In this document: positions 53,535-64,000 of the stretch, in pieces | How positions within the stretch are numbered: the first letter of the stretch is position 1 | How the letters are laid out: each line of letters starts with the position of its first letter | Source: Paragordius varius | Taxonomy: Eukaryota > Animalia > Nematomorpha | Assembly (NCBI GenBank): GCA_964247055.1 | Contig: OZ176050.1 | Location: 10,788,001-10,852,000 of the forward strand | Direction of reading: 5' to 3' | Length of the DNA stretch: 64,000 bases | The notes under the pieces: model-generated | What the model saw: only the letters and a program-made list of their open reading frames with translations | What the model was told of the DNA's origin: nothing | Database searches by the model: none | Program-made: the position numbers and the translations under genes

Positions 53535-54645
53535 CCTGATGAAATATATTCCTTATGTCAATGTCTCAAGATTATCATGGTGCTTTTGGCCCTACGTATA
53601 ATTTAAGAAAATTATTTAGGTTTCATTGGTAAGTCCTAATCAGAAAATGGCAAAATTTGCGCACATCTTCAAATAATTTTTTTTGGGGAAAGCCAGAGGC
53701 TTCATTCCAAAATATATTGCTAAAATATATCATAAATTACATATAAAAAGCAAACCAATATTTCTAAAAAATTTAAGTTTTAGATGTGGGCTCCAGAAGT
53801 CCCATTTTTTTGCTTTTCTAAAATGAGCTAGTACTCTTAAAATAAACGCAAAAATGCCGGGATTACGTGATAAAATTTTAAATATATGCTAAATTTTGAT
53901 ATCAATGAAATTAAATTTAATTTTTAGCAAAATTTTGGTTAAGCGTACCTCATCCTATTTTGAGTCACGATGAAGACCGTTAATAAACGTTATAACTATG
54001 AATACACTTTTTATATAATTTGATAATGCTGAACATGTCTATAGCTTCAGAATTTCAATAAAAAAGTTGCTGGCCTAAAAATATTGGCGAATTTTTGTAA
54101 AACACAATATTGATTTAACATAAATTTTAAGAAGAACGAATATTATAATAAAAATTCTGGGATAGAAATGGTTCCCATCATAAAAAAGTTTGCGCTTTTA
54201 AACAGTATCCATTATGATTCAAAAGAGTATGAAGTTGGCCAATTTTGCCAAAAATTTAGTTTTTTAGAAAATTATGAATTTTATAATTTTTTTAATTGAT
54301 GTCAAAATTTGCTATTAAAATTATTTATCGCGCAATCCCGGCATTTTTGCGCTTATTTAAAGAATACTAGCTTATGTGAGATAAAAAAATTGGATTTTCG
54401 GAGCCTACATCTAAAAATTAAAATTTTTTGAAAATATTATTTTGCTTTTTTATATGTAGTTTATTGATATTTTTTGGAAAGAAGCCTCTAGCTTTCACCA
54501 AAAAAATTTTATTACAAAAAAGATGCGCAAATTTTGCCATTTTCTGATATGATGCACTTACTACAAAAATGTAAATAACTTTTTTAAATTACTCGTAAGG
54601 GCCAAAACCACAAACAATATGATGATTCTGATACATTTTCCTATC
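53535..54645. mobile_element. ~1.1-kb non-autonomous element with TIRs of several hundred bp
   Basis: 53560-53910 is the imperfect reverse complement of 54295-54640 (e.g. gcaaaaatgccgggattacgtgata / tatcgcgcaatcccggcatttttgc; cagaaaatggcaaaatttgcgca / tgcgcaaattttgccattttctg). Related arms at ~44500 and ~63110. Confidence 0.85.
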
Positions 54646-57299
54646 AGAATATATATATATATATATTACCAGCTAATTTTTATAACCCCGATTTCGGACG
54701 CAGCTCCCTGACTTAATTCAATAGTTTTATACTGATTTATTACGGCGATAGTTTTGAACAAGGAAAGTAGATAATACTTTAACAATCGTTAAAATCTTAA
54801 TTTCGATATAATAAACATGATATTGTCGTTTTCGTATAAAATCACTATTATAAGTTATTTAAAAGTAATAATAAGCGCTTAAAATAGAAAAACTCCTTAT
54901 TTAATGTTTATTAAAAATGCCTTTTTCATATACAAAGTTTCATTTTTACATTGTAGGTTAGAAATATATGGACATCCTCATCTCGCTGCATTGTCGCTCT
55001 ATACATAAAATTAACCATCGACAGACAACATATAAGACATATTAAAGAGTTTATTATCTGAGTCTTACGTTTTTCACGGGACATTTCATTTTGTTTTTTA
55101 ATGCCAATTTTAATAAGATCGCAATGCTAAAATAAAATATAAAGAAATTCTTCAAGGTACGATTGCTGTAACAATCATAGATGGAAAACGAATCCTTGAT
55201 GGTAGAAAATTTATTGGCTAAGAATATTTTCAGGAGCGGTCGAAACCCTTTTTTATTTTAGCCTCTCGGTTATGCCTTACCTTATGCAAAAAATTTGTTT
55301 TTTTAAAAAACATCAGCACACGAATATTGTCATACAGAAAAATATTTTTGGGTTAGTCAATAAAAGCAGTAAATCGTGATTCCTAATGTGAATCTTTTCA
55401 AGAAGATTAATTTCACTCTCCAATCTATATTTAATTTAATAAATTTGGTTTAAAGCGATTTTCTTATAGGCTGCAGTATAGCGGGACTTTTTATGTTTGC
55501 CCTTTAGTTTACCCTGTTATTGCTATTCTTGTTGTTGCTAAGGTCGATTCCGACTAACTGCAACATTGAAATACCTTCTCCATTCATTGCGAATTCTCTA
55601 GTAAAAAGTTATAATAGCAAAAAATATAAATTGCAAAAATAATTATTCGAAAAATAAGAGCTTTCTTATGTTACTCATGAAAATTATAAGACCCGTGAAT
55701 TTTCGTGATTTTTATTGAGTATAAATGTCCAAAACCCCGAACACTAAAAATACCATCATAATTTAAGTGTGAATGTTGGCTTTTAGATCATTTAATTTTA
55801 ATAATCAACATTTTGTGTTTGCGCAAAACCCACCATAAATTTTAATATGTTGGAAAAGAATGATTTTTTAACCTTATTATCATACGATTTTTAACTCATT
55901 TTTATATTTTTTGAATCATCGTCTTCCACGTAATCACTTCGCGGCATAATAAGGCACAGTTAATATTGTTAAATATATAATCTTCAAAGAACCTATTCAA
56001 GGCATAATTAGCGGAATTATCGATTATGCTTCCTGGAAGAAGCCTTTTAAACACAGAAATAAAAAACGATCGATCAATTGATGGTTTTAGGTAGAAACAC
56101 ACGAAGAAGTTTAACCATGAAATTTTACTTTTTTTATTTTATATTTTTTTATTTATCATATATATATCGGATTTAAAAAGTATTTTCTTATCTAACAATA
56201 CTATGTGAATTAAAAATATAATAAAATAAAATGTATAACATTTTACAAAATAAATCAATGCTGTATGATATATTTATATTTAGGAATTTCTACGGTTAAA
56301 ACACAACGCTAAATGCAACAAAGAAGCTTTACACGCGCAGGAATAAAAAAACACAACAATTAAACTAATGGAAATTTATTTTCCGTTTCGTGTTGATTTA
56401 TATATATATATATATATATAATTTTAGATTTTCCTTTTGTTTTACTAAAAAATTGTAGCAATACAATATCAAATAGTAAATTATAAAAGTATTATTTTAT
56501 AAATATAAATTTTATAAGTATAAATAATAAACCAATTATTTTTTACATTGATTTCATTGATTTTTTTCTCGTTCATTTCTTTTCAAATAAAATAATAATT
56601 AATTTTTTTTCTGTGTTTTGAGAAAAACTAAAACCTTACTGTTTTTTGTCCGCTAATTAATTTTTTTAACTATAACGTTATACAAGATTTTCATTTAAAT
56701 AATATAAATATCAATTATATAAAAATAATTTTGTGTGCACGCTATTACTCTATTATATAGGTTTGCAACAATCGCATATAAAATATAATATACAATAAAT
56801 AATATGATTTCAATATCATTTTTCACATTTTTTTCATATTTTATTATTATTCCCTCTAACTAACTAATATCATATTCAGTAATGGTGAATGAGTATTTTT
56901 TTATTTCATAATGATTAAAAAAATTTTTTTACCCACCCTACGTCGTATCTTATAACTTGCATTTATCAAGCATAAAATTGTGATTATATAAACATATAAA
57001 TATACTTATGTGCAAAATTGATAATGATTTTTTAAAAAAACGGGCAATTTTGCTAACAGTCAACCAAACTAAAGTAACTACTATTCATTGCAATAATTAG
57101 ATCTAAATTGGTAATTTTAAAGGATAATCCCAAATTTAAATATCCATATATCATCTCTTATCTCTACTTTCAGATCTAAGCTAAATCCAGTTAACACAGA
57201 ATATAATTATTAATGGTATAATAATAAGAATAATATTTTATAACCTACGATCATTATCAAAATATAATTTAAAATCATTATATAAACAAATAAAAAGTC

Positions 57300-58471
57300 A
57301 TGGAATGTCAATCCTGTCACACAGATTTGAGCGGGAAAGAATACGTTGAAAAAAAGGATAAAAATTATTGCCTTCCTTGTTATGATCAAAAATTTGCGCA
57401 TAAATGCAAAGAATGTGGGAACCTTATCTCAGCTGGACAAAAGGTTTTTATTTCCACAAAATATTTTTTCATTAACTGAATAATGTAATAAAAAATAAAG
57501 GAATTGAATGCTTGAGATTTTTTAAAAAATGGAAATCAATTTCCTTTGTTTGTGATCTTGTTATTTGTATCAAAAAATACTGCTGGCAAAATACATTATG
57601 GGCAAAATAGTTGGTTTTGTTTTCAATCTTGATCTCTTTTGTTTTATTTTCTTGCCAATAAAAAATCAATTAAACTTTCTATTATTGATAATTGGCAACA
57701 GTATAATTCAGTCCCAAAAATTAGTTTATCCATCTATTTTTTCATTAAATTAATTGTTGTGTCGCACATTTTGATATCAACTATTAATTTAAATTAATAT
57801 ATGCCTCCAATACTGGTTTCATTAGTTATTAATATCTTAAAAAATCTTTCAGTTTTTTTCAAAATTTGTCCGTTTCAGTGGCGTTTTAAGTACTTATTTT
57901 AATGACTAGCCAAATATAACATTTACAGTTCAAATTCACCCTTAAACAATTCAAATTTACCCTTAAACTATTCAAATTCACCCTCGAACAATTCAAACTT
58001 AAAATAGATGTTTTTTAAGATTAAAAATTACCTATATTTTTTATATTTTTTGAAAATGGAATCTCGTTTAAAAATAATATAATACTGAAAAAATAAAAAC
58101 AAATTATTTTTAGGGTGAATTTGAATTGTTCATTGAATTGTTCAAGGGTGAATTTAAATTGTAAATGGTAAACAATGTCGATTTGACCTCCGTGTTTATA
58201 GCACCGTGGAAAAAGGTTTAAAATTAAATAGTCGAGTTTGTATGCAAAAGACTTTACTAATCAATTTTTGAGATAACCTTTAATGGCATCATTTTTTACA
58301 AAAAGTGTTTTAATTAATGTTCATGTATATTTTTTCCCGGAAAAATATATTTTTAATCAATATGTGATGAAAATTGAGCAATCGCATCCTATTTAGCATT
58401 AATAATAATAAAAAAGCGTGATAAAGGCATAATTTTTTGGGCATATATTTTAAAAAAACAAAAACTGCTTA

Positions 58472-58508
<37 letters not shown>

Positions 58509-60780
58509 TATATTAACTAAATAATTAAGCTTAAATCATCTACCTCCGAAAAATTATTTATTATGCGTGGGTAAGTGCGACTATTGTTGACATATTGACA
58601 TAAAAAACTAGGCAAGTCTCAATCTAATTCTATATATGATATTAAGGCATTTCGCTATCGGAAAAGCAGTTACAATTATTATTCAATACAATTACCGCTC
58701 TTAGAAACTCGCATATTCAGTTTGCTGGAACTATTTTATAACCGGTTTTAAATACCAACCAAACAAATATCCCTTTAAATACCTAAATATATACCACTTC
58801 TATTTTAAATTGCTAAAAGACATAAATAAAAAATTTAAGCGGTCAAACTAGTCCAGAGAAAAGGAATTTTTATTAGGGCTTCTCAGCCAAAAGACATTAC
58901 TCCAGTCAAAATTGTTTCCATGAAAAATATACAATTTAATTGTTTTCTTTATTATAAAAAGGTAGAAACTAAATATGATTGGACAGATAAGGGTTTTCTA
59001 AACTTGCCTCCAACGATATAAAAATTTATGCGATTGTAGGGGTTTCGAAACATCACCTAGTAATATAGTTCGACTTTAACATTCTTCCACCATGTCTTCG
59101 AAATTTTTCATTACCATAAATACTTAACAGATTTTTTTATATTTTTATGAATTTTTATTGTTTACTGAAGGAATTAATATATGGCGACGAGGGATATTAT
59201 CATGAAAAATGTTTCCGATGCTCAATGTGCAAACAACCCTTAGATGTCAACAATTACGAAACGTATGACAAAAAACCAGTATGTCAAAAATGTTATGAGA
59301 GTACTATTCCAGGCGGAGGGATGTGTCCTGGCTGCAACCAATCCCTAAAATCCGGTTATCATTTGGTTTAAAATAAATATGTATGCGAAACTCGTAAGCT
59401 AAATTTTTTCCAATCTTTTTTCCATAACGCAATAAATATTATATAATCTATAAATACGAATAAATCAATACAAATAACAACCTATTCAAACATTGGAAAC
59501 ATTTAGTTGAAAAAAAACCAAACATAAGAATTAGACTGCCGGATATTTTAAACTATATGAGAAACTTAAGATTTAACCAAAATTATTTAGGACAATCCAA
59601 ATTGGAGTACAAAGGTCGGCAATGGCACGAGGGATGTTTCGTTTGTTCTCAATGTAAGAAGCCTTTGGGTAATGAACGATTTTACACCAAGGATGACAAA
59701 AACATTTGCTTACCATGTTATCAAAAAAACTTTGCTCAAAAATGTGCTAAATGCGGAAAAGTATTAGTTGATTATTTTTTAATATGTTTTATTATAACAA
59801 AACATATTATGCGTCAGTATCAAAGTTCATTTTATTAAACACGTTTTTGAAAGCAAATTATTTTTTTTATTACTAAATTACTTACTGTTATGTTTTAAAC
59901 CGGGAATATTTTAATTATAGGTTTGTTTAACTGTACATTTAGATTATCATTAATTTAATTATTAAAACAGGTTAACCTAGACAATTTTCAATAGTTTATA
60001 TTAGTCCATAAACATAGCATTCTTGCAAAATAGTTCGATTTAGATTAAATATCCATGATTCTCATGTAAAACCCTTAATAATTTTAATATGGTTATAGCC
60101 AATAACTGACGTAGGCGTTAAGTCCAAAAATGACGTTTACCACAAAGAATGTTTTACTTGCTATGGTTGTGGAACGGAACTTTCGGGCAAAAGCGTTGCC
60201 GCAAAAGACAACAAACCCTACTGTGTCGATTGTTATGCTAAAATGTTTGCTAATCGATGTGCCGCTTGTAAACAACCCATATCAGGTAAAAGTAATTTTG
60301 TCTTTGATTAAAATTTGCATATTTCTAAAAAAAATTTTATCTTTGGTTTTAAGCTCGAATAAAAAATGAGCAGAAATTAACGATAATAATTAATAAAGCA
60401 TGTTTAATTAAAAGTGTAAAATTAATCATGTGAAAGTATTATTTGGTTGAAAAAATTTGCAATCTGGTTTAAGATAGGTAGGTAAAACAAAACATACCCT
60501 ACCTTTGTCTGTGGCCTTTTTTATATCTTTTTTATTATATTATTTTAAAAATAAATAAATAAATCTTTTCCATGGAATATTATTTTAATTAAAATTATTT
60601 GTTTCTAAAATATATATAAATATTTTTTTAGGTGCTGGAGGTATGCAATATGTAACCTATAAAGATCGACATTGGCATACGCAATGTTTTAATTGCACCG
60701 TGTGTGGAAAAAATTTGGAGAATAGTGGTTTCAATCTCAAAGATCAAAATATAGTATGTCCCGAGTGTAATAAAAAATAA
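57300..60780 (+). CDS. FHL2: Four-and-a-half LIM domains protein (FHL2/limpet-like), 5 coding exons, 277 aa
   Basis: Exons 57300-57443, 59171-59354, 59591-59760, 60099-60285 and 60632-60780 total 834 nt. A half LIM followed by four LIM domains, with EYKGRQWHEGCF, YHKECF, PISGAGG..Y..YKDRHWH..CFNC and terminal CPEC. Paralog identity within the FHL family is approximate. Confidence 0.93.
57920..58168. mobile_element. Foldback-like MITE with 21-bp subterminal repeats, copy 3 (inverted)
   Basis: catttacagttcaaattcaccctt ... aagggtgaatttaaattgtaaatgg. The core is the reverse complement of copies 1 and 2. Lies in FHL2 intron 1. Confidence 0.8.
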
Positions 60781-61080
60781 AATTAATTTAAATCTCACCC
60801 CTAATTATGTTAGAAAAAGCAGTGTTGTACTATTTTATGGAAGTCAAACCTTAAAAATGATTATACTCAGTAATTTATAAACTATTTACAATTACATCGA
60901 ATATATACATATATATTTAACTTTATATTCAAAAACCCATAATCTATGCAATTCATAGCTGTGTCTTCTTAAAATCACGTTATATTTGATTATTAAAAAA
61001 TAAATTATGTTTTTTAGCCATGACAAATATATTTGTGTGTATGAAAGCGATACAATTTATTAGTGAATGCAAAAGTAATG

Positions 61081-62750
61081 TCATTTCAATATGTAATCCT
61101 TGTTTATATGGACATCTTTTAGAGATTTTGTTCCATTCTTATCTACCAATTTCACCTTAAATGCCGGCAAGTTGACTAATAATCGTTTTTGAATCTAATT
61201 CGTTAACAATAAATATGTAATTTTTTCCAATAGAAGTATGGAATATATCAGATAAAACCAAATGTACAACCTCATCAATCGCTTTTATTAGTAATTCATA
61301 AGCCTCGGTTTCATTCATGTCTATACATTTATAGTAAAAAGAAGAAATGTAACAAAAATAAATATTTAATAGCTGGTTATATAGCATAATGTTTTATCCA
61401 TAAAATTAGAAAACCTTTTCTAATAAATTTTTAAAAAATGCGCATAAGGTAACAAATTATTTTACCGGGTTTGTGATATCGATCAAGGATAGAGTTTGCA
61501 AAAAATGCTCCATAACCCTGAGCTCCGAACGGAACCGTGAGTAAAGAAGCCAAATAATCCATAAAGTAAAGTGAACTCTCATTTGTTACAGTATTGTACC
61601 CAGCTATCATTGAGTTTACTTGGTAGGGATTCGACTTAAATAATATAAAATTTATAATTCTTAATTTTTACGTAAAACCCTTAAATTTCTTTTTTCCATC
61701 CTACATAAATTGAAAAAGTAAATGATAAGGAAGCTACATAATATTTTTTATAAAAACAATCTTAGCCAATTATAACCCCCGTTTAATTGTTTTATCCGCC
61801 AAAAAACTCCAATTTAGGTTATATTTTTTAGAAATTTACTATTATATAAATAACCATACAAAAAGTAAGGAATAATTTTATTTATAAAATTTATTTAAGA
61901 AAATTTCAAGATAAAATATTCGTTGGAGATAGAATTATTCAAAAATAAACACATCTAAGTAATATTGATACTTTTAAACCCTAAATTTCAGTTTTAAAAT
62001 CTATTAAACGGGACAAATCAATTTTAGTTCCGATTCGTTACATAAAAAGCGTTTAAAATTTCTTATTAAGCAAAAAGTGAAAATAAAGTAACTTGTTTAA
62101 AAGTGTATAAACCTTTAAAAAATTATACGCAATAATATGAAGTGGTCTTATTTTTAATCTATAAAGTTTCGGCAATCTTTAGCAAAATAACAGAGACATT
62201 GCTAGAGGTAAGAAAAAAATAAACTATATTGTACTAATGAATCGAACTTATTTATGTAAATGGTGCATTTATTATATAAAACTATTTTGACGAAGAAAAT
62301 TATTTGAATTTGAAATAGTTAAAATTAATGGTGTTTTTATGGTTATGTTAGGTTTGATCGGATAACCTTTAACTAAATATTTAAAAATGGTTTAAAAAAT
62401 AAATATAATAATTATAACTACCGAACGTAAGGCTTCAGCTAAAGTTTTACGCGCAAAATGTGCCACATGTGAAGGGTCAACATCATATCCTAAAATATTA
62501 GTTGAAGTTAACCATTTCTGAATTTATATAATTGCATGTTTTTAGAAATATATTCTGCGAATTCATGACTATCCCCCTTTTCGCCAACAACGCCTATCAT
62601 CACACTACTGTTGATATTATACATTTTTTGACTGTCTATACAATTATATAATATATTACCGTTTTTTATGACCAAAATGCTATGGGTTTCGGTAGCATCT
62701 GAGGCAAGGAGAACAAAGTCTTTGCAGCGAATACCGATTATACACTCCAT
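61081..62750 (-). CDS. PSMB2: Proteasome subunit beta type-2 (beta-4), 6 exons, 204 aa
   Basis: Exons 62750-62660, 62635-62513, 62489-62422, 61634-61466, 61320-61271 and 61194-61081 total 615 nt. [77 protein letters not shown] and QKRLLVNLPAFKVKLVDKNG. Confidence 0.97.
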
Positions 62751-63106
62751 CAAATGTGAGTAGAACTTAAAAATGTCTTTTTACTGTTTAAAAAAGAAAA
62801 TATATAATACGGGTTTTGCACACCACTTAGCGTCTTCATTTTTTATTTTCGAAATTATTTTTGTTAATGAAGTTTTGTAAAAACTCTTACTTAATGGAAA
62901 GAAGAACGCGAAAATTTAAATTTTTCCTTTAGAATAATCAGCGTCATCTTATAAAGCTTTATTTTTATGTTGTTTTTGGGTCAGCATTCAATATATGCTG
63001 TTACAATAATGTGACCAGATATTTTAAACTTTGACGCAGTACATATTTGCCTGTTTTTACACCATCGGTGTGGATTACACGGTTACAAAAATATGATAAA
63101 AATACA

Positions 63107-63575
63107 CATTTTGATAGGGAAATTCAAGATTATCATGGTGCTTTTGATTCAAACCTTTACGAGTTATTAAAGAAAGATAATTCACTTTGTGGTAGGTGCT
63201 CCGTTAAAAATGCAACAAGTGTGCCATTTTTAATATATTTTTGGGTGAAACTAAATAGTTTATTTTAAAACATATCATTAAAATATAATACAAACTACAT
63301 TTAGAAAGCAAAACAATTTTTTTTAAAATTGTTAGATGTGAGCTCTGGTCCGAAATTTTTTGGCTCGTTTAAAATGGACAGTTCTCTTATAGAAAATGCA
63401 GAAATTCCGACATTGTGCAAAAATTTCAAAAATATGCTAAATTTTGATATCAAATATATTTTTAAAATGCATACTTTCAAAAATTTAATTTTTAAGAAAA
63501 TTTTGTTGAGGCGTACTTTATACTATTTTCAGCATGATGGAAACGATATAAACGGTTGAGATGTTATAACTACGG
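63107..63575. mobile_element. Single arm of the long-TIR element family
   Basis: tgatagggaaattcaagattatcatggtgcttttg ... catgatggaaacgatataaacggttgagatgttataac matches the 53535 arm and the reverse complement of 44460-44905. Confidence 0.75.
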
Positions 63576-63632
63576 TTGTGCTGACCAAGTCATGACCAGG
63601 TCAATGATTATTTTTTGACCATGGTCATTTAA

Positions 63633-64000
63633 CACTTGGATACAACACACTCATTTTAGTCCTTCGATTCAAATTGGGGTAGTTAAATACCCCAGGCCTG
63701 TTTAAAATTATATTCTTTAAAAAATATAGAAGGAATCGTAATCATGGCAAAATTTTGCACTTATCTAACATTAATACACCAAAATATATAAAAAAATTTA
63801 TTTAAAAATACTTGATATTACTTATTTTAAGCTAAAACCGAAAGGTAAAAATTTCGTCAACTGACATGTGTCAAATTGTAAAATTGAAAAATTATACAAA
63901 CTAAACCGCTTTTTCTATTTCTATCAATGTTAGATGTAATTTATATAAAAAATTAGCTTTAGTTTTACCCTTAAAATTAAATAAAGACGAATATTTGCAA
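63633..64000. mobile_element. piggyBac-type MITE, copy 2, cut by the window end
   Basis: TTAA at 63629-63632, then high identity to 50430-50800. Confidence 0.85.

Overview
A very AT-rich, intron-containing genome segment, almost certainly from an animal, using the standard genetic code. It is not prokaryotic, so most entries in the supplied ORF track are exon fragments, antisense frames of transposons or noise. I reconstructed spliced gene models by hand. Five are clearly recognisable: PCID2 (+), a golgin-245/GOLGA4-like GRIP golgin (-), Rab1 (-), FHL2 (+) and PSMB2 (-). Three are family-level calls: a divergent KCTD-type BTB protein (+), a chondroitin GalNAc-transferase/CHSY-family GT7 protein (+) and a TTF1/DMTF1-like Myb protein (-). 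There are also one or two orphan secreted-protein genes (-) at the left end. Introns and intergenic DNA carry many transposon relics: Mos1-like mariner, RTE LINEs, a tRNA-derived SINE, hAT, Tc1 and piggyBac-type MITEs, foldback-like and long-TIR elements, and a Helitron-like element with a ~160-bp repeat array. The most striking signal is the intron architecture. Fourteen GT-AG introns are only 23-31 nt long, all start within about 350 nt of a start codon, and every more distal intron I mapped is at least 58 nt. Two divergent genes have start codons only 54 nt apart, and several ATGs follow a 3' splice-site-like AG, which hints at trans-splicing. All alignments were done by eye from remembered sequences; no database search was run.
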